From Planctomycetales bacterium (lineage in GTDB: Bacteria; 4484-113; JAFGCY01), in NCBI GenBank assembly GCA_022646745.1, contig CP060262.1, positions 1,200,001-1,232,000 on the forward strand: a stretch of 32,000 nt of DNA, in the 5' to 3' direction. The position numbers and the translations under genes are program-made. The notes beneath the pieces were generated by a model. That model did not search any database. It saw only the letters and a list, made by a program, of their open reading frames with translations, and was not told the origin of the DNA. Of this stretch, positions 1-9,000 are shown in pieces; within the stretch, counting starts at the first letter, position 1, and the number at the start of each line of letters is the position of its first letter.

Positions 1-2
1 GT

Positions 3-1487
3 TTCGGTGACCCCAAGCCGGGTGACCCGCCGCCGGTGCAGGAAACACAGGAACCGGTGAAAGAGGATCCCCCTGTGGAGGAAAGCAAGCCCGTCGTGGA
101 GCAGGCAGCCCCCGCTAAGGATGAGCCCGCGCAGGATGCCGAAGGCGTCGGCGGTGCGCAGATCCCGCCCCTGCCGGCAGCGGATGGGAAGCAGCCGGAT
201 GCCGCGGAGGAAGCCGGCAAGGAAGACAGCCAGGCTGCGCCGGCCAAGGATGAGTCATATACGAATGTGACGCTGCCCGGCAAGCAGGAGCCGCCAGCAA
301 AGCAGGACGGGAATCAGAAGCAGGAAGAGAAGGATCAGCCCAAGGAAGAGCAGGAGCGCAGCGCCGAGGAGATCATGCGCGAGGTGCGCAAGGGTGATGA
401 CGACTGGTCCACCAGCGCACCGCCCTACCGTGCCCCAGACCCGCCGAAGGATGGAGAGAAGGCTGATGAGGGCAAGGGCAGCAAGGAACAGGACTCCCAG
501 CCCAAGCAGGAAGAGAAGAAGGATGGGGAGTCCGGCAACGGCGAGCTGAAGGGTATCGAACTGCCGCCGCTTGACATGGCGCGGGCCCCAGGCAAGGAAG
601 CCTCGAAGCAGGATGAGAAGCAGAAAGAGAATGAGAAACAGGAAGAGAAGCAGGTAGAGGAACAAGCCCCTGCAGAGGAAGTGAAGCAGGAGGAACCCGC
701 GCGCAGTGAGCCGGCGCGCGAAGTCCCGCAGGATAGTGCCCCTGCCAAGGACGATGGTGGTGGCCTGTCACTGTTCCCGGATGGTGGCAAGGGTGGCGAC
801 AGGCCGATCGCTGACAATCCGCCGCGGGCCGAGGACGTGCTCAACCAGCCGCAGGGCAACCCCGGCGAGCTGAAGCTGAACAACACCCAGTCTGCCAACC
901 AGGCCAGCAAGGAATACGATCCCTTCGAGGGCAACCCGGACGTGGAGTCGGTCTATGACGACTTCACCGAGCAGCGCTGGCCGGTGGCGGATGGTGACAC
1001 CTCCAGCTACCGCTACTTCGGCGCGGCTTACGAGATTGACAACACCAAGAGCGACACGATGGCGATCAGCTACCAGCAGGGCGCCTTCAGCGATGCGCGC
1101 TACGGCGTGGACGTGGAGTACCTCGGCGGGCTGGACTACGTCGGCTACGGGCTGGCGACGCGCTTCTCGGTGAAGAATGGCAACGTGTCCTATTACGGCC
1201 TGTTCGTCAGCCAGAGCGGCGAGTTCCTGCTGCTCAAGGTGCTGGACGGCAAGGAGACCGTGCTGCGCGACTGGAGCAGCGCCCCGAACCTGAGCCGCAC
1301 GCTCTCCAACCGGATCGGGATGGAACTGATCGGCAACAGCATCCAGTGCATTGTCAACGGCGAGGTGGTGGCGACCGTCACGGACGACAGCCTGCGCAGC
1401 GGCGGCTATGCCCTGCTGTGCGGCCCCGGCACCTCGACCCGCTTTGACAACCTGACGATCAAGGGCCTCGTGACGGACGGCGACTGA
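3..1487 (+). CDS. 5'-partial protein: long E/K/Q/P-rich low-complexity region followed by a C-terminal concanavalin-A-like (DUF1080/LamG-like) beta-sandwich domain
   Basis: Frame 3 is open from base 3. The residues before the GTG at 36 (FGDPKPGDPPP) continue the same P/E/K-rich composition, so the ORF probably begins upstream of the window. The APAKD motif occurs three times, with KQEEK-type repeats. The C-terminal ~190 aa (YRYFGAAYEID...GYALLCGPGTSTRFDNLTIKGL) looks globular and lectin-fold-like by eye only. Confidence 0.6.
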   Translation, partial: FGDPKPGDPPPVQETQEPVKEDPPVEESKPVVEQAAPAKDEPAQDAEGVGGAQIPPLPAADGKQPDAAEEAGKEDSQAAPAKDESYTNVTLPGKQEPPAKQDGNQKQEEKDQPKEEQERSAEEIMREVRKGDDDWSTSAPPYRAPDPPKDGEKADEGKGSKEQDSQPKQEEKKDGESGNGELKGIELPPLDMARAPGKEASKQDEKQKENEKQEEKQVEEQAPAEEVKQEEPARSEPAREVPQDSAPAKDDGGGLSLFPDGGKGGDRPIADNPPRAEDVLNQPQGNPGELKLNNTQSANQASKEYDPFEGNPDVESVYDDFTEQRWPVADGDTSSYRYFGAAYEIDNTKSDTMAISYQQGAFSDARYGVDVEYLGGLDYVGYGLATRFSVKNGNVSYYGLFVSQSGEFLLLKVLDGKETVLRDWSSAPNLSRTLSNRIGMELIGNSIQCIVNGEVVATVTDDSLRSGGYALLCGPGTSTRFDNLTIKGLVTDGD

Positions 1488-1491
1488 GCTG

Positions 1492-2388
1492 ATGCCGACG
1501 CCGAACGTGCTGCTGCTCACGCGCAAGCCCAGCGGGCACAGCGTGACCCGCCTGATGGAATCCGCCGCGCTGCGCAGTGACCTCGAGCTGCATGTGCTGG
1601 ACCCGCATACGATCCGCCTGCAGACCGGGCCTTCCGGCACGCGGGTCAGCCATGATGAACTGTCCCTCGACCCGGCGAGCTGCGTGCTCGTGCCGCGCAT
1701 CGGCAGTCTGTCCACGGAGTACTCGCTGTACTGCCTGGAGCAGCTTGAGGCACTCGGCATCCCGAGTATCTGCCCCTTCCCGGGCCTGTTGCGCCTGCGC
1801 CACAAGTACAGTGCGCTGGCAGCATTGTCAATGGCCGGCATCCCGGTGCCGGACAGCGTGATGCTGCGCAACCAGGCTGAGCTCCAGCCGGCGGTTGACA
1901 GCGTCGGCGGCTATCCGCTGATCATCAAGTTCATCCGCGGCAGCCAGGGCGTCGGCGTGATCCGCGCCGACCGCGAGGACACAGTACGCAGTGTGCTGGA
2001 TGCGCTCAACATGGTGCAGTACGACGTGCTGCTGCAGCGTTACATCCCGGAAGCGGCGACTCGCGGCACGATCCGCGTGCTGGTGGTCGGTGGCCGCGCG
2101 CGGCTGGCGGTGCACCTCACCCCGGCAGCCGGGAGCGACCGCAGCAATGTGCATGCCGGCGGGCAGGCCGCGAAGCTTGAGTTGACAATCGACATGGTGC
2201 AGGTCGCGGAGCAGTCCGCCGCCCTGTTCGGCACGAGCCTTGCCGGGGTTGACCTTGTCGAGACTGACAAGGGCTATGTACTGATGGAAGTCAACAGCAG
2301 CCCGGGCTATGAGATGCCGGAGGCGCTGTACGGCCTGGACGTGGCCGGGATGATCCTCGACAGCGCTGTGGCGCTGCTGCCGGGCTAG
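1492..2388 (+). CDS. rimK: RimK-family ATP-grasp alpha-L-glutamate ligase
   Basis: 298 aa, alignable by eye along the whole length of E. coli RimK: VLVPRIG, GYPLIIKFIRGSQGVGV, LLQRYIPEA, IRVLVVGG, SNVHAGG, AGVDLVE, LMEVNSSPG. The ATG lies 4 nt after the upstream stop. Confidence 0.85.
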   Translation: MPTPNVLLLTRKPSGHSVTRLMESAALRSDLELHVLDPHTIRLQTGPSGTRVSHDELSLDPASCVLVPRIGSLSTEYSLYCLEQLEALGIPSICPFPGLLRLRHKYSALAALSMAGIPVPDSVMLRNQAELQPAVDSVGGYPLIIKFIRGSQGVGVIRADREDTVRSVLDALNMVQYDVLLQRYIPEAATRGTIRVLVVGGRARLAVHLTPAAGSDRSNVHAGGQAAKLELTIDMVQVAEQSAALFGTSLAGVDLVETDKGYVLMEVNSSPGYEMPEALYGLDVAGMILDSAVALLPG

Positions 2389-2804
2389 AAGCCGTCCTGG
2401 CTGCGGTCGCGGGTCTCGAACTCGATGTTCTCGCGGTAACGCCGGTACATTTCCTCGCGCTCCGTGTTCCCCTGCTCGAAGGCCAGCCGGCGGCGCTCGT
2501 CAATGTACTCCAGGGCATCCTGCCAGCGCTTCTTCTCAATCAGCATCTGCAGTTCCGGATCCTGTGAGCCTGCGATCATCTCGCGCTCCTTCTTCAGGCG
2601 TTCGGCCTCTGCCTCCGCTTCCAGCTTTGCCATCAGCTCGCGGTTGAGGATCTCATTCTCGCGGGCCTTGGCCAGCTCATTGTTGTAGTTGATGAAGCGG
2701 ATCACGGCTGCAAGCGCAATGATGGACACCACAAGGGCCGGCAGTACCCATACTAGTTTCCAGAGCTGCATCCAATCCATCCGCGCCTGCTGGCGCGGCT
2801 CCAT
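2385..2804 (-). CDS. hypothetical bitopic membrane protein (139 aa): one N-terminal TM helix plus a charged coiled-coil tail
   Basis: TM segment LWKLVWVLPALVVSIIALAAVIRF, then a K/E/R-rich helical tail ending REEMYRRYRENIE. It sits 4 nt downstream of the preceding gene. The start is uncertain, with internal Met codons at residues 9 and 12. High GC3. Confidence 0.55.
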   Translation of the reverse strand: MEPRQQARMDWMQLWKLVWVLPALVVSIIALAAVIRFINYNNELAKARENEILNRELMAKLEAEAEAERLKKEREMIAGSQDPELQMLIEKKRWQDALEYIDERRRLAFEQGNTEREEMYRRYRENIEFETRDRSQDGF

Positions 2805-2808
2805 TCTA

Positions 2809-3186
2809 CTAGGAATCCCGCTGGTCGATCAGCTGCTCGTCAATTACGCGCACATAGCGTTCATACATCTCACGCTGGCTCTGGCCGAGGAATTCGTTGG
2901 CAAGGTGCTCCATGCACAACTGGCGCGCCTCCGGGTAGAGCTGGCCACGCAGCATTTCCTCAACCTGCATGTCATAGCGCCCCCGCTGGGCCATTGCACT
3001 GGGATCCGGGACCTGTGATCGGCGCTGCTCCTCGATGCGCGGGGCGTAGAACTTCGCATCGACTGCATTGCGATGTTCCTCCCACTTGCGGTGGCCAAAC
3101 TTCGTGCCACGCCAGACAAGCCAGACAACTATCGGCGTGCAGCAAAGCATTATTGCCAGAATAAAGTAAAGGGATATCGAACCCAT
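2809..3186 (-). CDS. hypothetical bitopic membrane protein (125 aa), paralogue of 2385..2804
   Basis: N-terminal TM segment ISLYFILAIMLCCTPIVVWLVW. The tail motif QREMYERYVRVIDEQ matches REEMYRRYRENIEFE of the neighbouring gene. A promoter-like element lies directly upstream. Confidence 0.55.
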   Translation of the reverse strand: MGSISLYFILAIMLCCTPIVVWLVWRGTKFGHRKWEEHRNAVDAKFYAPRIEEQRRSQVPDPSAMAQRGRYDMQVEEMLRGQLYPEARQLCMEHLANEFLGQSQREMYERYVRVIDEQLIDQRDS

Positions 3187-3192
3187 GGGTTC

Positions 3193-3221
3193 ATTCTAGC
3201 CTGGCCGGCCGGGACGCTCAA
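3193..3221 (-). promoter_or_regulatory. sigma70-like promoter abutting the start codon of 2809..3186 (candidate leaderless transcript)
   Basis: Minus strand reads TTGAGC (3216..3221), 17 nt, TAGAAT (3193..3198), 6 nt, ATG (3184..3186). No Shine-Dalgarno sequence is present. Confidence 0.5.
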
Positions 3222-3223
3222 CG

Positions 3224-3448
3224 CTAACCGGTTTTATCCGGAGGTTTGTAAAGGCCGGCCTGCTCCATTCGTTTCAGCAGGCGGGGCATTTCGTTCTCAT
3301 GCATTTGGTCGATCCAGACCTTGTACAGCATCCAGGAGAGGCGAATAACGCACCATGCCATGAACATGGCAAGGATCTCCAGGATCACAACACCGGCAGC
3401 CAGAGGGTAATAGCCCTCGAAGGGAGCCTGGTTTGCAAGCAGGAGCAT
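3224..3448 (-). CDS. small hypothetical membrane protein (74 aa)
   Basis: One hydrophobic segment (PLAAGVVILEILAMFMAWCVI). It starts 17 nt after the tgt stop. TACAAT (3455..3460) lies 6 nt upstream of the ATG, and there is no SD. It does not resemble YajC. Confidence 0.45.
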   Translation of the reverse strand: MLLLANQAPFEGYYPLAAGVVILEILAMFMAWCVIRLSWMLYKVWIDQMHENEMPRLLKRMEQAGLYKPPDKTG

Positions 3449-3465
3449 ATCTCGATTGTAACCGC

Positions 3466-4629
3466 TCAGAGATCCTCAGGCAGGCGTCCGTTCAGGTCAC
3501 GGTACAGGCGCTGCCAGCGCTTGCCAAACGTACCGTTGACGATCAGGCGGCGCAGGCGCTTCATCAGGTCGCGGTAGAAGGCCAGGTTGTGCCAGGTCAA
3601 CAGGCGTGCCGCAGTATGCTCGCCGGTGCGCTGCAGGTGGTTGATGTAGCTGCGTGAATAGCGCCGGCAGACCTGGCAGCGGCACTGCGGGTCCAGCGGG
3701 CGATTGTCATCCCGGAAGCGCGAGTTCTTGATCTGCAGCCTGCCGTGGCGGGTATAGGCTGAGCCATGGCGTGCCATGCGGGTGGGCTGTACGCAGTCGA
3801 ACATGTCAAAGCCCATCGCCACGGCGAATACGAGGTCCGCCGGCTCGCCGACGCCCATCAGGTAATGCACCTTATCTGCGGGCAGGCGCTGTCCGCAGAA
3901 TTCCGTCAGGCGCAGGAAGTCCTCGCGCGGCTCACCGACCGCCAGTCCACCGATGGCGATCGAGTCCACTCCGGATTCAGAAACCAACTGGATGCTTTGC
4001 TCCCGCAGGTCCTCTTCCAGTCCGCCCTGGGCGATGCCGAATAACACAGGCTGGTTATCAGCCGGCAGGGCCAGCCGTCCGGCCAGTTCCGGCCAGAGGC
4101 GTACCTGCTGCGCCAGCCAGTCGTGGGTGAAGCGCATGTCCTTGATCACGCGCTTGCGCTCGGCGGGCAGACCGGTGCAGACATCGATCGGCATCACGAA
4201 GTCGACGCCGAGGTTGAGCTGCGCCGTCAGGGTGAATTCGGGGCTGAACAGGTGGCGGCCACCATGCAGGTGGTCGGTGAACTCCACGCCGCCGGGTTTC
4301 AGCGAGCGACGGGCGGCAAGCGAGAAGGCCTGGTAGCCGCCGCTGTCCGTCAGCACGCTGCCCCGCCAGCCGCTCCACTGCTTCACCCCGCCGGCCGCGC
4401 GGATCGGCTCGGTGCCCGGGTCCACCACCAGGTGGTAGGTGTTCATCAGCACATGGCGGTAACCGATCTTCTCGAGGTCGGCCCAGTCGAGGGTCTTCAG
4501 CGAGGCGGAAGTGGCTACGGGCTGGAACAGCGGGGTTGGCAGGCGCTTGCCATTGCGGTCCGTGAGCCAGCCGGCACGGGCCTGTGACCCGGGGTCGAGG
4601 GCTTCCAGCTCAAAGCAGTCGTGGCGCAC
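3466..4629 (-). CDS. tgt: queuine tRNA-ribosyltransferase (tRNA-guanine transglycosylase)
   Basis: 387 aa. Motifs: TPLFQPVAT (compare TPxFMPVGT), LTDSGGYQ (catalytic Asp), GLAVGE, YLMGVGEPADL (nucleophile Asp), and the Zn site CRCQVC...H. The GTG start lies 5 aa before FELE, matching E. coli MKFELD. Confidence 0.93.
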   Translation of the reverse strand: MRHDCFELEALDPGSQARAGWLTDRNGKRLPTPLFQPVATSASLKTLDWADLEKIGYRHVLMNTYHLVVDPGTEPIRAAGGVKQWSGWRGSVLTDSGGYQAFSLAARRSLKPGGVEFTDHLHGGRHLFSPEFTLTAQLNLGVDFVMPIDVCTGLPAERKRVIKDMRFTHDWLAQQVRLWPELAGRLALPADNQPVLFGIAQGGLEEDLREQSIQLVSESGVDSIAIGGLAVGEPREDFLRLTEFCGQRLPADKVHYLMGVGEPADLVFAVAMGFDMFDCVQPTRMARHGSAYTRHGRLQIKNSRFRDDNRPLDPQCRCQVCRRYSRSYINHLQRTGEHTAARLLTWHNLAFYRDLMKRLRRLIVNGTFGKRWQRLYRDLNGRLPEDL

Positions 4630-4666
4630 GCGGATATGTTAGCCGAGAGCCGGATGCCGGCAGTCG

Positions 4667-4694
4667 AAAAAAAGCCCCGGGGAGACCCCGGGGC
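4667..4694 (-). terminator. rho-independent terminator of lipoprotein gene 4735..5328
   Basis: Minus strand: GCCCCGGGG-TCT-CCCCGGGGC (9-bp GC stem, 4674..4694) followed by TTTTTTT (4667..4673). Confidence 0.75.
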
Positions 4695-4734
4695 GGTACT
4701 TTTACAATTGGAGGTTCGTTGATTGGTTGCCAGC

Positions 4735-5328
4735 TCAGTGGACGATGCCGTTGAGCCAGGCCAGGCCCTTCATCAGGATCCAGGTGTTCACACCGTTGTG
4801 GCCGGCATAGGCATCGCACAGGCCCTGGATCGGGCGGCCATGGTTGTCACGCCCGTCCCAGTCCGCTGAGTACTCCTGGGTCTGGTAGGGATGCAGCACC
4901 AGATGGTCGGTGCCGAAGTGCTCGACCTCGCTGTCCGGCAGCAGCCAGCGCAGTACGCCGTTCTGGCGGATGCCGAACTTGTAGCGCCAGGTGTGCGGGT
5001 GGTAGTCGATGTGCCTCGTCGTGGCGCTGTTGTTGGTGACGCGCATCACCCAGCGGTAATGGCCGTTGTTGTCACCGAGCAGCTGGAACATGTAGTCGAT
5101 GCCATCCCAGTAGGCCGCGCCGGCCGTCAGCACATACATGCCGGGGATCCAGGCGGTCTCCTTGTCTGCCTCGGCGGGCTCGGCACCCATCACGAAGCCG
5201 TCCATGGCCACGAAGCCATCGTCAGGCATTTCAGACGGCAGCATGGTGGTGCCGGTGTTGCCAGCGCAGGCTGCAAGCTGCAGCGCGAGGGCCAGTAGTA
5301 ACAGAATCTGCGTGATCCGCTTTGCCAT
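4735..5328 (-). CDS. lipoprotein, Ig-like (BsuPI / FlgD-Ig-like) domain, tandem paralogue 1
   Basis: 197 aa. Signal plus lipobox MAKRITQILLLLALALQLAAC. SD AGGAGG lies 5 nt upstream. The core VTNNSATT..YKFGIRQNGVLRW..WDGRDNHGRPIQGL is reminiscent of BsuPI/FlgD-Ig beta-sandwich signatures (by eye). Confidence 0.75.
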   Translation of the reverse strand: MAKRITQILLLLALALQLAACAGNTGTTMLPSEMPDDGFVAMDGFVMGAEPAEADKETAWIPGMYVLTAGAAYWDGIDYMFQLLGDNNGHYRWVMRVTNNSATTRHIDYHPHTWRYKFGIRQNGVLRWLLPDSEVEHFGTDHLVLHPYQTQEYSADWDGRDNHGRPIQGLCDAYAGHNGVNTWILMKGLAWLNGIVH

Positions 5329-5403
5329 ATCTTCCTCCTGCTCCGCCAGTCCACTCTTGTTTGCAAGGGGCCAGGCCGGAATGCGTCTCAGGTTGATACC
5401 CTC

Positions 5404-5432
5404 ATTAGACTATGGGTCAGGAATGATGTCAA
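5404..5432 (-). promoter_or_regulatory. sigma70-type promoter for 4735..5328
   Basis: Minus strand: TTGACA (5427..5432), 17 nt, TCTAAT (5404..5409). It sits ~70 nt upstream of the ATG and just downstream of the terminator of the preceding paralogue. Confidence 0.6.
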
Positions 5433-5489
5433 TTCTTTAACCACTACTTAACCGATTGCCAGTCTGGCGTTCCCGGAGAAATCAGGCAT

Positions 5490-5515
5490 AAAAAAAACCC
5501 CGGGCGGACCCGGGG
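5490..5515 (-). terminator. rho-independent terminator of lipoprotein gene 5571..6155
   Basis: Minus strand: CCCCGGG-TCCG-CCCGGGG (5498..5515) followed by an 8-nt T run (5490..5497). It resembles the terminator at 4667..4694. Confidence 0.75.
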
Positions 5516-5570
5516 CTTTGAGGTTCATGTTGTCAGACCTGAAAACTCAGGCCTGGCTCAGCTGGCTGGC

Positions 5571-6155
5571 TTACTTGCCGTTCAGCCAGGCGATACCGGA
5601 CATGGTGTGGTTGCCACTGGCGGGACGATGGATGCACTTGGCGGTCACGAGACCCTGGATCTTGTGGCCGAAGTTGTCACGTCCGTCCCACGGCACGACC
5701 TGGGTCAGCGGGGAGTACGGGGCGAGGGTGATGTCGCCGGCGGGCATCGGGCTGACGTAACCATTGGAGGTCCAGCGCTTCACGCCATGCTGGTCGATCC
5801 GGAAGGTGAAGCGGCGCACATGGTTGTTGTAATGAATAGTCTTCGGGAAGGCACTGTTGTTGGTCATGATGAAGTGCCAGAGGTAATGACCCTCATTGTT
5901 TCCATAGAGGCGGAACTGGTAGTCAATGCCATCGATGTAATCGGCACCGGAGGTGAGCACGTAGTAACCGGGGATGTAGTTGGCCGCAGCCTTGTCAGCC
6001 TCGGTCAGCTCGCTGCCCAGGTCAACACTCTGGCCGGCAACAAGGGAGTTGTCAGCAGGAGTCATGTCCAGTGAGTTTTCAGCGTTGCCACCGCAGGCAG
6101 CCAGCGCGAGCGCCAGGGCCAGCAGTGTCATGATCATCGTTATCCGCTTGAGCAT
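5571..6155 (-). CDS. lipoprotein, Ig-like (BsuPI / FlgD-Ig-like) domain, tandem paralogue 2
   Basis: 194 aa. MLKRITMIMTLLALALALAAC lipobox. It is colinear with 4735..5328: IPGYYVLTSGADYIDGIDYQF, MTNNSAF, FTFRIDQHGVKRW, WDGRDNFGHKIQGL, AWLNG. SD GAGGTGG. Confidence 0.75.
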   Translation of the reverse strand: MLKRITMIMTLLALALALAACGGNAENSLDMTPADNSLVAGQSVDLGSELTEADKAAANYIPGYYVLTSGADYIDGIDYQFRLYGNNEGHYLWHFIMTNNSAFPKTIHYNNHVRRFTFRIDQHGVKRWTSNGYVSPMPAGDITLAPYSPLTQVVPWDGRDNFGHKIQGLVTAKCIHRPASGNHTMSGIAWLNGK

Positions 6156-6498
6156 ATTCCACCTCAGTATATGGTTGAGGAAGCGAGGTCAGTTATCGCT
6201 TACCGACGCTGCGAGCCTAACAGTTACCCGCCGCAGGAAGATTTAACAGTATGTTTGTACCGTCTGTCCAGTATTTAATTTGCATTTAACCTTTGAAAAT
6301 GCCAGTCTGCATCTGGCCTGAAGAGCCATCGTTGCCAGAATTCGAGGATAAATTGTGGATAACCATGTTTTCAGGTGGATGCTGAAGCAAGAATGGCAGA
6401 GTTATGGACTTTAGGCTTGATGCTTCGGTTATATGAGTCATCATCACTAAGATAATAAGAAAAATGCTCTGATTTTTCTCCCTTATCAAACAAATGCA

Positions 6499-6526
6499 TT
6501 GACGCAGGGGTAGCACCCGTTATAAT
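6499..6526 (+). promoter_or_regulatory. groESL sigma70-type promoter
   Basis: TTGACG (6499..6504), 16 nt, TATAAT (6521..6526). The CIRCE-like element starts 9 nt downstream. Confidence 0.7.
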
Positions 6527-6534
6527 TCCGCAGC

Positions 6535-6561
6535 TTAGCAGTCTCCCAGCGAGAGTGCCAG
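6535..6561 (+). promoter_or_regulatory. degenerate CIRCE (HrcA operator) inverted repeat
   Basis: TTAGCAGTC-N9-GAGTGCCAG versus the consensus TTAGCACTC-N9-GAGTGCTAA: 8/9 and 7/9 matches with exact 9-nt spacing. It lies between the promoter and groES. Confidence 0.6.
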
Positions 6562-6677
6562 CAGCGGAAAAACAGGCTTGCCAGATGATACGTCTGGCAG
6601 CAGGGGCATCATCACCAGCATCTCGCTGGTTTTTGCTCGTCAGAACTAACAGTATTGATACTGGAGGACTAATAGAA

Positions 6678-6983
6678 ATGGGAAAGGCCAGCAGCAAGTT
6701 TGCCTACACTCCGGCTCCCGGCCGGCTGATCGTCAAGTCGCTTGAGCAGGCTGAGCGTACCGACAGTGGTCTCTACCTTCCCGAGACCGCCAAGGAACGC
6801 CCGCAGCTCGCCGAGGTCGTCGCCTACACCCCGTCCCGCAATGAGAACGGCAAGGCCAACGATGCCCTCGTCTCCGTCGGTGACACGATCTTCCACAGCA
6901 AGTACGGCGGTACAGAGGTCAAGATCGACGGCGCCGACTTCCTGATCCTGCGTGAGGATGACGTCCTCGCAGTGAAGAACTAA
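6678..6983 (+). CDS. groES: co-chaperonin GroES
   Basis: 101 aa. SD GGAGGA (6664..6669) precedes the ATG at 6678. Motifs [46 protein letters not shown]. The track ORF start at 6555 is an upstream extension running through the promoter and leader. Confidence 0.93.
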   Translation: MGKASSKFAYTPAPGRLIVKSLEQAERTDSGLYLPETAKERPQLAEVVAYTPSRNENGKANDALVSVGDTIFHSKYGGTEVKIDGADFLILREDDVLAVKN

Positions 6984-7041
6984 GCACGAACCATCACCCG
7001 CTGCCGGCAGTGCCGGCGGTTCACATAGATAAGAGGAGTAG

Positions 7042-8700
<1,659 letters not shown>

Positions 8701-8854
8701 ATTACGCCAACGGCGTGATTTAGACATTCGATCTTCCGCTTCGCGCGAGCGCTCAGCGGTCTGGCCCTGCAGTCCGGTAGAACCGGCCTGGGTCGGGCTG
8801 AAGTTGCAGGAGATCGGAGGTGCGGCGCAAGCTGCACAGCCAATTGAATTCAGA

Positions 8855-8888
8855 GGGGAGAGTCTTCAGGCTCTCCCCTTTTTGTTTT
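8855..8888 (+). terminator. rho-independent terminator of groESL
   Basis: GGGGAGAG-tcttcagg-CTCTCCCC followed by TTTTTGTTTT. It lies ~155 nt after the groEL stop. Confidence 0.8.
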
Positions 8889-9000
8889 CCCTGTGCATGT
8901 AACGGCACCTTCATACAACCGTCCTGAATGGCGCGGATTCAGCAGAGCTTAATCAATATCCGCGGGGTATGTATCCCCATCAGCCCGGGAGGCGGAAGAC

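Noticed and set aside
768-1871. 367-aa minus-strand ORF spanning the first gene and rimK
   Set aside because: It is antisense to two well-supported genes and crosses their junction, with R/A/G-rich shadow-frame composition.
3224-3448. YajC identity for the small membrane protein downstream of tgt
   Set aside because: The synteny is suggestive, but the sequence lacks the YajC core (the RPQ.K...GD.V.T.GG pattern) and is shorter.
6286-6516. 76-aa minus-strand ORF in the AT-rich block (52 aa from its first ATG)
   Set aside because: It has no convincing SD or -10 geometry and no recognisable motif, and it overlaps the groESL promoter. I kept only the compositional observation.
6555-6677. Upstream extension of the groES ORF
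   Set aside because: It would begin inside the CIRCE element and leader. A GGAGGA SD precedes the ATG at 6678 and gives a normal ~100-aa GroES.
8701-8854. ~155-nt groEL 3' UTR with small hairpins (for example GTGCGGC-GCAA-GCTGCAC with a GNRA loop) as a possible sRNA
   Set aside because: Such hairpins are expected by chance in GC-rich sequence. There is no independent promoter and no conservation evidence available.
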